Notes: a model not told the origin generated them from the letters alone. DNA of 64,000 nt from Squalus acanthias (GCA_030390025.1 CM059433.1:9736001-9800000); one strand, 5' to 3'. Positions 37,480 through 50,472 are shown, counted from the first letter of the stretch. Program-made: numbers and translations.

Positions 37480-38115
37480 TGAAAAGCTTTGGGAACCATA
37501 GGTCCAAGGTCACCTGTTCCTCCCAAGCATGCTACAATTAACATAAATAATTTCTCAAATTACTCATATACTGTATCCCAAAATATTATTTTCTGAAAGA
37601 AATCTAGCTAATTTGCATTTGAATGAATCCACACTTTCTGCTGCCACCGTCTCCCTAGCCTGTTCTGTAGATTTACCACTCGCTCACTGAAATAATGTTT
37701 CCGCAAATTTATTTTAAGTGTAACCCCTTCATGGCCAAGTTTACTGTTCTGGACAAAATGAAACCGCTTGTCATGGTCAACATTGTCTAGTCCCTTTAGA
37801 ATCCTAGAAAGAACAATCATGTCACCCGTCAACCTTATCTTTTCCAGTGAGAAAATGCTCAATTTACGTAATTGTTCCTCATAATCCAATCGCCCCATCC
37901 CCTCAATCATTCTGCTTGTTCTCTTCTGTATCCTGTCATTAGCTACAATATCCTTTTTGTACTGTGCCGAGCAGATCAGTGCACCATATTCTAAGTGAGG
38001 TTGCACCAATGATTTACAAAGTGGCAGGGTTACCTCATTATTTTGGCTCAATATTGACCGCTTAATAATCCCAGCATCTGAATTGCTTTACTCACTGCCA
38101 CCGAGCATTGCTGTG
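37480..38115 (-). mobile_element. Old CR1 fragment
   Basis: ORF 37608..38051 has LVQPHLEYG...FSLEKIRLTGDMI...YFSERVVNL. Confidence 0.78.
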
Positions 38116-38134
38116 ATTTAAAAAAAATTAGTTC

Positions 38135-38481
38135 CTGGGATGTGGGCGTCGCTGGCAAGGCCAGCATTTATTGCCCATCCCTAATTTCCCTTGAGAAGGT
38201 GGTGGTGAGCCGCCTTCTTGAACCGCTGCAGTCCCTGTGGTGAAGGTGCTCCCACAGTGCTGTTAGGGAGGGAGTTCCAGGATTTTGACCCAGCGATGAT
38301 GAAGGAACGGCCGATATATTTCCAAGTCAGGATGGTGTGTGACTTGGAGGGGAACTTGGAGGTGGTGGTGTTCCCATGCGCCTGCTGCCCTTGTCCTTCT
38401 AAGTGGAAGAGGTTGTTGGTTTGGTAGGTGCTGCCAAAGAAACCTTGGCGAGTTGCTGCAGTGCATCTTGTAGATGGTACA
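38135..38481 (-). mobile_element. CR1-group (Zenon/Crack-like) LINE 3' end
   Basis: Same family as 3237-3680. Confidence 0.85.
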
Positions 38482-38562
38482 GGCTAGCTTCAAGTTATTC
38501 TCAATTAGGACTCCCAGATCTCTTTCATTTTCTCTTCACATTATTTTCTTTCTATTTAAGCA

Positions 38563-39026
38563 ATAAAGAAATAAACTTGCATTTATATAGCGTCTTTCAC
38601 GATCTCAGGAAGTCCCATAGCACTTTATAGCCAATGAAGTACTTTTGAAGTGTAGTCACTGATGTAATGTAGGAACTGCAGCAACCAATTTGCACACAGC
38701 AAGATCCCACAAATAGCAAAGTGGGATAATGACCAGATAATCTGTTTTAGTGATGTTGGTTGAGGGATATATATTGGCCAGGACACTGGGGATAACTCCC
38801 CTGCTCTTCTTCGAAATAATGTCATGGATTTTCTGCATCCACCTGAGAGAGCAGACGGGGCCTCGGTTTATGTCTCATCTGAAAGACGGCACCTCCGACA
38901 GTCCAGCACTCCCTCAGCACTGCCCTGGAGTGTCAGCCTAGATTTTGTGTTCAAGTCGCTGGAGTGGGACTTCTGACAACCTTTTGCCTCCGAGGTGAGA
39001 GTGCTGCCTTGGAGCCACAGCTGACA
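38563..39026 (-). mobile_element. tRNA/Deu-type SINE
   Basis: Colinear with 30165-30635. Confidence 0.85.
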
Positions 39027-39858
39027 CTAGGGGTGCTCAACGATAGGGCTAGGGTCATCCTTGGCCATAGAGTGTTGTGTGTTTGTGTTGGGGAGAGTGA
39101 AATGCTGCAATCGGCTACAGTAGCAGCAGCAGCTCCTTGCTGGCATTCTACAGGGTGCTGTCTCCACAGCAGGTGCCCCTGGGACAGGTCTAGTTGTGGA
39201 GGTATAGGATTGATGCAGACTGCCCCATAGGGAGGGGTCCTCCTGTCTCCTAGTGTTTCACCAGCTCCACGTGGCGCAGTGGTAGCACTCTTGCTAGAGT
39301 GCGCAGGGACAGAGGGACCTGGGAGTTAATGTGCATGGGTCCCTGAAGGTGGCAGGATATATTGAGAGAGTGGTTAACAAAGCATATGGGATCTTGGGCT
39401 TCATAAATAGAGGTATTGAGTACAAAAGTAGAGACGTTATGCTGAACCTTTATAAAGCGCTGGTTAGGCCACAACTGGAGTATTGCATCCAGTTCTGGTC
39501 ACCACGCTTTAGGAAGGATGTGAAGGCCCTTGAGAGGGTGCAGAGTAGATTTACCAGAATGGTTCCGGGGATGGAGGATCTTAGCTACAAGGACAGGTTG
39601 GAGAAGATGGATTTGTTTTCATTAGAGCAAAGGAGGTTGAGGGGTGATTTGATAGAGGTGTGCAAGATTATGATGGGTTTGGATAGGCTAGACGGGGAAA
39701 GGCTGTTCCCACTAGCTGGTGGTACAAGGACTAGGGGACACAGATTTAAGGTTCTGGGCAAGAGATACGGGGGGATGTGAGGAAAAACTTTTTTATGCAG
39801 TGAGTGGTAATGACCTGGAACTCGCTACCAACGGAAGTGGTGGAAACGGAGACACTCA

Positions 39859-40621
39859 GGGCCAGAAATTCGGGTCTCCATGGGTGAGTACGCGCAGTGT
39901 ACTCACCCGTAGATCCAACGAAAGTGCCGGTTTCGTGCATGCTCTGCGCATGCGCTGGAAACCGGAACTTCCGTTCCCTTGAAGGAAAGGGTTCAGAGGT
40001 CAAATGCGTGTGCCGGAGAGGCAGCGCATACGCCTGGAACTTCCATTTTTTTTCCAGTTTTCTCCGTGAGGGTAAGTCCCTAGCAGCTGCACGTTGAAAA
40101 AGCAGGCGCAAGGCCTGCTTTTAACTAGGTAAGTGGTGAATTAAGTAAAATTTAAAAAAAATTTCCACAGGTTTATCTTTTTTAAATACTTTAAAGAAAG
40201 GTAAGTTTATTTTTAGCCCCGTTAAAAACTGTAAGTAATTTTTTCAAAAATTAAAATTTTTGTTTAAAATAGTTAATTTATGTAATTTATAGTTATTTTA
40301 AAAGTGTGATTTAAAAAAAAAAAATTATTTGAAGTTTTAGTTAGGTTTGGGGCCGGTCTCTATTCATAGATTTGACAGGTCTTCCTGTCAAATCTCTGAA
40401 TGGAGATTCTCTGCTCCGATTGGCTCTCCATGGCCCACGTGATCCCAGGGACGCTTCGAACTAACTGCGCCCCTGGGATACGCAAGCACTGCGCGCCGGC
40501 AGCTGGAGGAGGCCCAGGATCGGAATCCCACGCGGGCCCACAGCACAACGGCAGGCACGCTTCTTAAGTGCAGGTCGGGGGCTTGCACCCGCGGGAAGCC
40601 TCCGACCCGAATTTCTGGCCC
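39859..40621. mobile_element. Harbinger MITE inside CR1
   Basis: Perfect TIR GGGCCAGAAATTCGGG, TSD TCA; CR1 sequence resumes exactly after it. Confidence 0.92.
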
Positions 40622-40795
40622 TCAATGTTTTCAAGGGGAGACTGGATAGACATTTGAGGGAAATAAACTTGCAGGGCTACGGGGATAGAGCGGGGCAATG
40701 GGACTGACCGGATTTCTCCACAGAGAGCTGGCACGGACTCGATGGGCCGAATGACCTCCTTCTGTGCCGTTATGACTCTATGACTATGACTCTAT

Positions 40796-41687
40796 GGGGG
40801 AGAAATTCAGTATCGCCCCATTTGGGGCGCAATTATCGTCCGGGCGCAAAGATTAGCGCCTGCCGCTAATTATCGCCACCGACTGCAAACTTGACTTTTA
40901 TCACCCCTGGAGGTGATTGGAGCGCTAAATCAGACGCTTCACACCTGTCTTAAGGCGCAAAGGCCGAGGAGCGAGGCGCTACCTCAGAGCGCTGGCGAAG
41001 CTCATTTGATGTCAATCAGCAATGGAACACAGACACAATGGCGTGGGCCAGTTTTTAAAGGGGAGGGTTGATCTTGCTTTCCATCCACATCCTGCTCATT
41101 GCAGCCTTGAATCTCGGCCTGGAGAGACCTGCACATCAAATCTGCTGGAAAGAACAATGGAGAATACCAGGGAAAGAGCTCAGAGTGCAGCCCGCACAGT
41201 CTCTTCTAAATCGTTACCAGGAAGGGCAAATCAAAATGAACCTGCAAAGTGCTGCTCAGTACCCAAAACTCCTTCACACAGCGTTGAATCTCTCCAGAAG
41301 TCTGTCTCTCTCTCTCTCAGAATGCGTGGTTCTAAAATGTTACCAACAATAAAAGGCAGGAAGCAGTCACCTTTAAATAACGCTCCCCCAGTCCCTTCCT
41401 GACTGCAAAACGCTCCCCTCAACCTGTCGTTGCTAGCGGCAGGCGGTAAGGCAGGGGGCGCCACTCAATATCCGCTCCAGGGCGATACCGGGGCGTTGCG
41501 CACTCAACTGACGTCACGATCTGCCGGCGCAGGAGATCATGGCGGTAGTGTTTAGCGCCGCCGCAAAATGTCTAGTTAATTTCGCGAGCGGCTCAAACAT
41601 CGCCGCGCCTGGGCGTTAGACGCTTTGCGCCCCATTAGCGCCCTCTTAAGGCGCTAACGGGAGGTGCAACCAACTGAATTTTCCCCC
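40796..41687. mobile_element. Non-autonomous Harbinger element in the CR1 tail
   Basis: TIR GGGGGAGAAATTCAG / CTGAATTTTCCCCC, TSD TAT. Confidence 0.9.
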
Positions 41688-41691
41688 TATG

Positions 41692-41876
41692 ACTCTTGCC
41701 TTTGTGTCAGTAGGTTGTGGGTTCAAAACCCATTCCAGTGACTTGTGCACAAAAATCTAGGCTGACACTCCAGTGCAGTACTGAGGGAGCGCTGCACTGT
41801 CAGAGGTGCTGTCTTCCAGATGAACTGTTAAACGGAGGCCCCATCTGCTCTCTCAGGTGGACTTAAAAGATCCCAC
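41692..41876 (+). mobile_element. tRNA/Deu-type SINE, continuation of the head at 39264-39294
   Basis: ...tagcactcttgc | ctttgtgtcagtaggttgtgggttcaa... rejoins into the SINE consensus seen at 30165-30635. Confidence 0.8.
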
Positions 41877-41879
41877 TAT

Positions 41880-42840
41880 TTTTTTCCCCATGTGAAGCAC
41901 TTAGCATTTCTCTACATTGAATTTCATCTGGCGCTTGTCTCTCCAATTCCCAAGTAGATTCAAATCCTCCTGTAACTTTATCCTGTTCGGCTTTGCAGTC
42001 TACCACCTTCATTAGCTCTGTATCATCTGCAAATTTAGCCACTGTGCTTGTGACTCTAGCTCCAGATCATTTATGAAGATATTAAACGAAAGAGGTCCTA
42101 AAACAAACACCTGTGGGATCTCACTGGTAACATTCTCCCAGTTTGATGACAATCTCTGTACCACCACCCTCTGGGTTCTAGTTGTCAATCAATAACGTAT
42201 CCATTGTAAAATATTTCCACTGATAGCCACTTTCTTTATTTTCAGTATCAGCCTTTCCAGAGCAACTCGAATGACCTTACTGAAATCCAAGTATGCCACA
42301 TCCACTACCTTACTGTTATCAAGCTCCTTTGTCACGCTCTCAAAGAGAACCATTAAATTAGATTGACAAGCTCTCCCCGTCATGAACCCATGTTGGCCAT
42401 ATTTTATGATTTTATTTCTATCCAGATGCTCCACGATCATATCTTTAATAAGGGTTTCCATAACTTTACCCACAATGGACATCAAACTCACTGATCTGTA
42501 GTTTCCTCGGTCACTTTGGCTACCTTTAAAAAAAAATAGGATTAGCTTCAGTCCTCAGGCATCTCTCCAGTAGTCAGTGACATCTGGAAGATTTGTGCCA
42601 GAGTTCCTGCAATTTCCTCCCTTAGTTCCATAAAAATCCTCAGATGCAGCCTGTCCGTCCCTTGAGATTTATTCACCTTAAGTTTGCACAGCTGTTCGGC
42701 AACCACGCTGGTAGTAATGTGAATAGTATCAAAACTTAACTCTGCAACACCCTCTAGTTCCCTTTCCGGATCAAATAAATTACCTATGTTACCTGTGGTT
42801 AAAAACTGAGGCAAAAAAACTTATTTAGTACATTGGCAGC
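41880..42840 (-). mobile_element. Old CR1 RT fragment
   Basis: Encodes GQHGFMTGRACQSNL, VDVAYLDFSK and KLKVNKSQGTDRLH. Confidence 0.82.
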
Positions 42841-42958
42841 CTGGGTGTTAGCCCCTCACCTGATTCCACTCTCGGTGGATCCACCCCATCACTCATTTTT
42901 CAACCGTTGCGGTTGATCTAGCCGATTCCAATTTCAAACGATACCATACCATACTGTT

Positions 42959-43187
42959 TGACGTAAGAAAACTACTAGGCACTTGGTCTAAGCGTTAAAC
43001 AAGGCTTTAATCAACTGTTTTTCAACATGGAGATCTAGTTGTGTCCTTCACTAGTTCCTGTTAAAGAATGTCCTGAGCAAGCTGGGCCCATGCCCGAGTA
43101 TTTATACTCTCCCTGGACAGCACCACCAACAGGCCGCGCAGTATTATTTCACAAGTCATTTTCACATGAATGACAAGATTCATGTCA
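42959..43187 (-). mobile_element. Short solo LTR (229 bp)
   Basis: TGAC...GTCA termini, 5-bp TSD CTGTT at 42954-42958 and 43188-43192; minus-strand TATAAATA and ATTAAA. Confidence 0.82.
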
Positions 43188-43194
43188 CTGTTTG

Positions 43195-43835
43195 TCACCG
43201 CCACCGCCTCCCTCAAATTCAGCTGGAGGTTAGTGGCGGCGGTAACCGTTAGCGCCCTGTGGCGCTGCGCCGCCGGCGATGATGTCATCGGCGTGCGCAG
43301 CGCCCCGCTTGCACCCCAGCCACGATCTTCGGTAGCGCCCCCTGACTTACCGCCGGACGCTATGTCCGACGGGGTCAGGGGGGGCCTACCTGCGGCCGGG
43401 GCGGTGCTATTTAAAGATGAGGTGCCGGGCGGCCATTTTTGTTGCTGGCCGCCTGCCAGCACCTGCCTCCACTGCTGACCCCGGCCTCCTGACCCGCCCT
43501 CTCGCGGAGTGCCAGCTGCGCTCCGTGAGCTCGGCACTTCTCTTGAGTGCCAGGCTCTTTTGCCGGCACTCCATTCCCTGTTGGCCCAGCTGGGCCCCGG
43601 GTCGCGCTGCGCAAGGCCCCTCCCCTTTAAGAAGGGAGGAAGGCCTGCAATACTGCGGTACGTTGCGCCACGATATTCCCTTCCAGCACCCCAAGAGGGA
43701 GGCGGGGCACTTCCAGTAGCACCCCGCTTCCCTCTTGGGGCGCTACCACTCAATTTCGGCTGCGGGGGGGGCTAATTTTTCCGGGGCGCTGGCAAAGTTA
43801 GCGCCCTAAAGGGGGCGCGACTCAATTTTTCCCCC
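43195..43835. mobile_element. GC-rich Harbinger MITE, left end truncated
   Basis: Homologous to 12900-13489; ends AATTTTTCCCCC followed by TAA. Confidence 0.8.
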
Positions 43836-44589
43836 TAAGACTTTTGCCTTCTTTACTGCTGTTGCCTACTGTGCTTCAACAAGCTATTTGTCAGTATCCT
43901 CTTTACTGTTTTTGCATCGCCTAGTCTGTTATTGTTCTGCACAGCTTATTCCACTTCCCCAGTCTCCACATTGTTGCATTTGTCCATGATATCAACCGAG
44001 TGACCAATTGATTCACACCCCGCTGTATTTGGCCTGCTGATCCTGTTATTCCCAGCCCCGGTTCTGTTTTGTCAGCATCATCTCTCGATATGGCCCTGAA
44101 AACCTAATGCTGAACTAACCAGTAAAGCAGCTCTCATCAGAAATGATCCTGAGGACGCTGAGTCACTTAATGATGAAATATGCATGAGAGTATCACAACC
44201 AGCAGCTGCCTGTTGCAGTTTAGGTAATAGCACTTCTCCCCTTTATACATCATACTCTTTAAATTTGCTAACATCTGTGATGAGCAGCCTGTGAGAACTC
44301 ACTCCGTTCTTCATTACGTGTTACAAAATTCCGGAAAGAGCAAAGAACTTATGCGAGAGGTAGATATAAATTCTTATAATAGACAGAATTATTTATATGT
44401 CCTGAAAAAGGGGGCTCAAAATCTTAATCTGTCTTTTTGCTTTCAGTTCCTGATGGACTTACTGTGTACTTCATGCATTTTGTGTTTTTATTTCAAATTT
44501 ACAGTAATTGCATTTCTTTTATTATCTAATAAACTCACCTGAGGTCTAATTGACTCCTGCTGTCAGTCGCTGAGGCTGAATTAACACCA

Positions 44590-45320
44590 GGGGCTAGAAA
44601 TTCGGTGCCTTAGCGCCTCCCGTTATCACCTCCAGATGGCGATAACGGGGCGCTAAGGTCTTACCGCCCGGGCGAGGGGGGGGGCGATGTTACCGCTGCC
44701 CGCGAATAACCCCTATCGCCACGCCCCGCCTGCGGCCGGAGATCGTGACGTCATCCGGCTGTGCATCGCCCCTGTAGCGCCCCGGAACCCGAAATTCATT
44801 TCCGCCCCCTGAAGCATCGCCGGGCGAAAACAACGCCAGCTTCGGGGGAACGTGCCGTCGGGCGGCTGGCCGCTTCGGGGGCGATGCTTAAAGGCGAGGT
44901 GGCCGAGGTAAGTAAAAAAAAAAATTACTTTTTTTGAGCAGGTTTTTTTTTTTCGTGGGTTCCTGCCCGCGATCGATCAGAGTGCCGGGCTGACCGCGTG
45001 GGTTCGCCGCTCCCTCGGTGGTCCAGGCAGGCGCCCTTTCTTTTGCAGAGACTGCAGCGATGGCTCTTCCCTTTAAGGGAGGGAAGGAGCCTTCCAACGC
45101 GACAGCGCCGCACGCACGGCCCAGTGGGCAGCGCTGCAGAACTCACCGCCTCGCCTGCTGCCGATCACGCACCAAGAGGGAAGTGAAGCGCTTGATATAG
45201 CGCTCCACCTCCCTCTTGGAGCGAGAAAACCAAATTTTTTTAAAGTTAGAAAAACATAGTGCCTGGCGATAATTTTTCAAACTTTTACAAGGTATCGCCC
45301 CGTTTCCCAATTTCACCCCC
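44590..45320. mobile_element. GC-rich Harbinger MITE
   Basis: GGGGCTAGAAATTCGG / CCCAATTTCACCCCC termini; shares the gcgcctcccgtta subterminal motif. Confidence 0.8.
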
Positions 45321-45637
45321 TACAAGTCTCAAGATTTCAGCCTTCGTCAGCCTTACCAGGCTTGTGACAGATCTTTTGATACCTTAAACTGAATTTGACT
45401 TGGGCCAGCAGTTGGACTGATGCAACTGGCCTTGACACGGCCGGACAGAGGAAACTCTGACAGCATTTCCACTCCTAATGAAAAATGGTTGTCGTGTAGA
45501 GATTGGGTGAGTACAGGATCAGGCTTGGTTATGTATCGCCTCCCCTTCCCCATCGTCAAATGGAACCGCAGCACCTATATAGATGTCGTCAAAGCATGAC
45601 TTTACAATCTTCAGGAGAAAAAAGGCCACATGCAAGT

Positions 45638-46521
45638 ATTCAGTATCGCCCCGTTTACGGCGCAATTATCGGCCGGGCGCAAAGATTAGCGTCTGCCGCT
45701 AATTATCGCCACCGACTGCAAACTTGACTTTTATCGCCCCTGGAGGTGATTGGAGCGCTAAATCAGGCGCTTCACACCTGTCTTAAGGCGCAAAGGCCGA
45801 GGAGCGAGGCGCTACCTCAGAGCGCTGGCGAAGCTCATGTGATGTCAGTCAGCAATGGAACACACACACAATGGCACGGGCCAGTTCTTAAAGGGGATGG
45901 TTAATCTTGCTTTCCATCCACATCCTGCTCATTGCAGCCTTGAATCTCGGCCTGGAGAGACCTGCACATCAAATCTGCTGGAAAGAACAATGGAGAGTAC
46001 CAGGCAAAGAGCTCAGAGTGCAGCCCCCACAGTCTCTTCTAAATCGATACAAGGAATGGCAAATCAAAATGAACCTGCAAAGTGCTGCTCAGTACCCAAA
46101 ACTCCTTCACACAACGTTGAATCTCTCCAGAAGTCTCTCTCTCTCTCTCTCAGAATGCGTAGTTCAAAAATGGCAGCAACAATAAAAGGCAGGAAGCGGT
46201 CACCTTTAAATAGCGCTCCCCCTTTCCCTTCATGACTGGAGAACGCTCCCCTCAACCTGTCGTTGCTAGCGTCAGGCGGTAAGGCAGGGGGCGCCACTCA
46301 ATATCCGCTCCGGGGCGATACCAGGGCGTTGCACACTCGACTGACGTCACGATCTGCCGGCGCAGGAGATCGTGGCGGTAGTGTTTAGCGCCGCCGCAAA
46401 ATGTCTAGTTAATTTCGCGAGCGGCGCAAACTTCGCCCCGCCTGGGCGGTAGATGCTTTGCGCCCCATTAGCGCACTCTTAAGGCGCTAACGGGAGGCGC
46501 AACCAACTGAATTTTTCCCCC
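45638..46521. mobile_element. Second copy of the 40796 Harbinger element (left TIR clipped)
   Basis: Colinear and near-identical to 40806-41687; right end CCCCC followed by TAT. Confidence 0.9.
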
Positions 46522-46899
46522 TATAGGTCATGAAACTGAGGTGGGACTGGCATTGACATGCCTCCTGCCTCATTTTCCTGCTTCTCCATTTGGCGGAGGC
46601 CTGAGCAGACTGGTTCCAAGAAGTAATGGCTCTCAGACCTTGCGTCCAGACCCACTTAGATCGAAGGACCTGAGAGGGGCAGGCAGTAAGGACAGGGAGG
46701 GGCCAAAAAAACATAAGTGCCATTTTTTTTTTTAAAACAGGTGCAGCAGAAGGTTTTCTGCATTGGATGCCTTGTGGCTGCTGTTTCTGGCCGGCAGCCA
46801 TTACCTCTCGGTGGTTGAATTTCCTCCCTTGCTTCTAGTTGTAACCCCCTGCCAAACGCTGGCTCAGAATTACAGACAGGTTCAGATCAGGCCCGAGAG

Positions 46900-47122
46900 A
46901 GCTGTCCATTCCCGTATGCAGCAAAACCTGGACAACATCTGGACTTGGGCTGATAAGTGGCCAGTAACATTTGCGCCACACAAATGCCAGGCAATGACCA
47001 TCTCCAACAAGAGATTTTACCACCTTCCCTTGGCATTCAATTGCATTACCATCACCAAATCCCTCACCATCAACATCCTGCAGGTCATCTTTGACCAGAA
47101 ACTGAACTGGACCAGCCATGTT
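46900..47122 (+). mobile_element. CR1-group (Zenon/Crack-like) RT fragment
   Basis: Encodes WADKWPVTFAPHKCQAMTISNK, as at 59100. Confidence 0.8.
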
Positions 47123-47126
47123 ATGA

Positions 47127-47393
47127 AATAACAACAGAAAACGCTGGAAAAACTCAGCAGGCCAGGCAGCATCCGTGGAGAGAGAAAGAGAGTTAACGTT
47201 TCAGGTCGATGACCTTTCATCAGAACTGGGAAGAGCCGGAAATCAAATAGATTTAAGGCCAGGGTAAAGCTGGGAAAAGGGGGAGGGGATAAAGGAACAA
47301 AGGTGGAGATGAAGAGACATTAAGAGACATTAAGAGATATGCAAGGCTAGAGGTGGTGTTAATGTGACAGATTAAGGCTGAATGAAGTGTGAA
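47127..47393 (-). mobile_element. Penelope-derived retroposon (family B)
   Basis: 13-bp TSD AGCCATGTTATGA at 47114-47126 and 47394-47406. Confidence 0.82.
47191..47227 (-). ncRNA. Minimal type-I hammerhead motif (family B)
   Basis: AGTT-CTGATGA-A-AGGTC(ATC)GACCT-GAA-ACGT-T-AACT. Confidence 0.78.
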
Positions 47394-47832
47394 AGCCATG
47401 TTATGAGCTCCTTTAAAGCTGAACCATCACATATTTATTTTTTGATGAAATCAATATCGTCACAAGCAGCGCCAGTAAAAAAAAATCCTGATTTCAATCC
47501 GTTTAGTATTCGAGATATTAAAAGTGAAAGTTGTGCAGCATTGAATTTAGACTGATTGCTTTTATTTGTGTCCCACCGCTCTCTAGTCTGTCAATCATCA
47601 CGCTACTGAAATACACATCAGGGCAGCAGAAGTAAGGTTTGCTTTTATTAAAGGGATGTTGTCACTGCACTGTGGAGGTTAGGAGCAGCGTAAACTCCTG
47701 ACATCGCCTGCTCCGAGAGCGCAACCCAAGCTGCAAGATATTGGCTGCCTAGCTACAGTCCCTACAGTGTGAGCTTTTGTAATGTGTTTTTTGTCTTGCT
47801 TTTGATGGTCGAAAGGTATAAATGAGATCAAA

Positions 47833-47983
47833 GGACTGGAATTTCCTTGGAGCTGCTCCCGCGCGAATACCGCAACTTCACTCGGAGCTGCGGCACACGC
47901 CCCATTTGCACACGTAAACGGCGTCTCCGCTGCGCTTCCGGTTAAGTTACGGCGGCGGGGCAGCTCTGAGGAAATTCTGGGCC
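47833..47983. mobile_element. Foldback Harbinger-type MITE
   Basis: GGACTGGAATTTCC / GGAAATTCTGGGCC termini, TSD AAA, internal inverted symmetry. Confidence 0.72.
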
Positions 47984-50472
47984 AAAGTCTTCTCTGTCTG
48001 CTTGCTGCAAGAGACCGACATGAAATGAATTTGGCAGCCTCCGTTCGGTCTCTATCGGTCATGGGCACACAGCACAAAACAAAAGCCCCTAAGTCACACT
48101 AAACAGACAATTTCATTGACAGGTCAGAGGATAGTCGGTGTGGGAAATGGAAAGATGTCACATTGGTTATCGCTGACGTACATTGTTGAGACAGAGTAGA
48201 AGGATATTTACCCTCCAGCTAACCATGCTATGTCTGACTATGCAGTGCTTGATGCTGACATTATGGGGGTCATTTTTTAACTTTGCTCTCATGGGGAGGG
48301 GTCTAGCCTGGTGGGGATGCATATCAGAAATTTAAGTCCAAATTACGGCCAGAATATCATGCATCATGTGTGCCTGAGTTACTGTTGTGAATCCCAAATA
48401 TGCAAGTCTCTCTACTGAAGTCAGAAAATGATCTCCCCAGATTATTGGCTATTTGAACTAGGAGGGATTTTTATGTTCAACAACAACATGTTTCTGATGC
48501 GAACTCAGGTTTGGTGTTTTACGGATTGATTTTCAAAGATGCAGTCTTCTCCCAGCTGTTTTTAACACAGGGGAGTTGTTGGGGCTGCTAGGACAAAGAG
48601 CGGATGAGATAGCCATTGAAATTTCTATCCATAAGGACCTAGGACAATAGGCAATTTATTATCTGATTTCAGGCTTCCAGTAGGCCATTAACGTGAGATG
48701 GTGTTTACTTGCGTGCATGGCATGGGCTATCTGGTCGGAATCCTTTCTTGGAAGGGTTAGTCGAGTTAATTGGTAGCACTACGAATCAATCCCTGAATAA
48801 AGGAAAGGTTGGAGGTCAACCCCCTCCACCCCCACTACCTGTGGACACAGGGAACAAGAAAAGAAAAGAGATACCTGTTCGAGGTCAGTTGGTGATGTCT
48901 ACCGAGAGACAAGTAAGTATGGCCTCGGCAGTTTACTTCATGAATAGAGTGACCAGGTCCAGTACAACCCTTGTTCACATTTAGTCGCTAACTGAGACAA
49001 GGTGGCACGGCTTATTCATTGTTCTTATTTACAAAGAGGGACCAAGGTTAAGTTAAAGAAAGTGAGATTTGCTGTAACTCCTACTTTGTACGTTCACGTG
49101 TTGACTAAAATAAAGCAGCTTAATGATTAGTTTCCAGCCTCAGCTCACTAAAGCGTTGACCAGTCTCTGCCTGCCGGAGGATTGGAGAAGTGCACGCGAG
49201 GGCACATGTGAAGGACAGGGTATCTAGTTCAGATAACAAGGTGTGGTCCCATTATTGCTCCCCTGTGTCACGCTATTGCATAACTAGCTATTGGGCAGTA
49301 TGGGTGAACTCCTGAACATCAGAGACACAGGATCCATTTACGGAAATGACTAGCACAGCTGAACCCAGGAGAATATCTAATGCTGACTTGATATTTGTAC
49401 CAGTGCCCAAACTGGAAAGTGTTCTGTGGGGGGGGGGGCAGAAATTATGTGGCTGTTTCGGTGGGCTCTTGTGCATCTCCGGTGGGAGCCCAGGGGAATG
49501 GCTGCAAACTCCACCTGGACCTGGATACGCTGGGTTCTGGACAGCGACAGGAGTTCCCCTGGGACCTACCAAAAAGCTGGTATGCCAAGGAAAATGTGTA
49601 CTGGCCTCACGTCATGGGCAAGTAGCCCTCCCTCCCCGGATGGAGTGGGAGGGCAGGCCAGAATTGGAGCTTGAACGATGAAAGATGGTGGGGGGGGGGG
49701 GGGGGGGGCGGTGGGCTTTAAGACTAGCCCCCTTATAATGGGGGTCATGGGGGGCTAGTTCACTCATGCCGCCCTATGCAGCTTCCGCTGGTAGGGTACA
49801 CCTCAGATCTGCACTCCAGGTGCCAATGGCCTACTTTACGTGGTCCTGCCTCCTGACCCCGTGAACTTCCATATAGTCAGCACCAGTGGCCCTAGGTGGG
49901 TGCGTCTGGATGTGCTCACCCACACGTTTTCAGGGGCTCAATCTCCAATTCTGATGTCCCTTTCATGATGAGCACATCATTTCGAAGATTTAAAAAGAAC
50001 AGTTTGGATATTACTTATGCAATAATATTATATGATTATGGCTCATGTCACGGCGCACTACGGTTTCTGCAGGGCTTCTTTTGATCTTCCGCCGCTCTCT
50101 ACCTTTCACACCATTTCTCTGGTGGTTCCCTCGATCTCCTGCTCAAGTCACGGCAGGAGGTTGGGAGAGGTCCCACGGAAATATCTGGCCTATGTCTCTC
50201 AAGATACTTGCTCCAGTCAAAAGATAAACCACTCTGCAATGCCCTTTGAAGATGTAATAGTGTTCAAAGAAAATGAAACAGTTCTTTTAACCTTTTTGGG
50301 ACATTTTTCTGGAACATCGAAAGCTGCAATTTTGGTTTCTTGCTTATTTTTACCAGGTTTCTAGCCAGAGCAAAATAATCGGACCACGCAGCTTTAAGTC
50401 CACTTTTAAAACAAGTAATACCGCAACAATGGCTCATTCCTGCAATGATGCTGCTACCTTTTGCATATCCAG

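Larger units (their letters stand above)
39295..41691 (+). mobile_element. CR1 LINE (same subfamily as 671-1560) inserted into a SINE head and carrying two MITEs
   Basis: ORF 39331..39780; TSD ACTCTTGC at 39287-39294 and 41692-41699; (TATGACTC)n tail. Confidence 0.9.

Noticed and set aside
44395..44520. Additional hammerhead in old family B remnants (also 12640-12740)
   Set aside because: The core boxes are too decayed to call a ribozyme.
48850..48918. Candidate 62-nt exon bounded by CAG and GTAAGT
   Set aside because: Weak acceptor context and no recognisable peptide; such sites arise by chance.
48992..49270. Possible third solo LTR (TGAGACA...TGTGTCA)
   Set aside because: Termini mismatch and there is no TSD directly abutting both ends.
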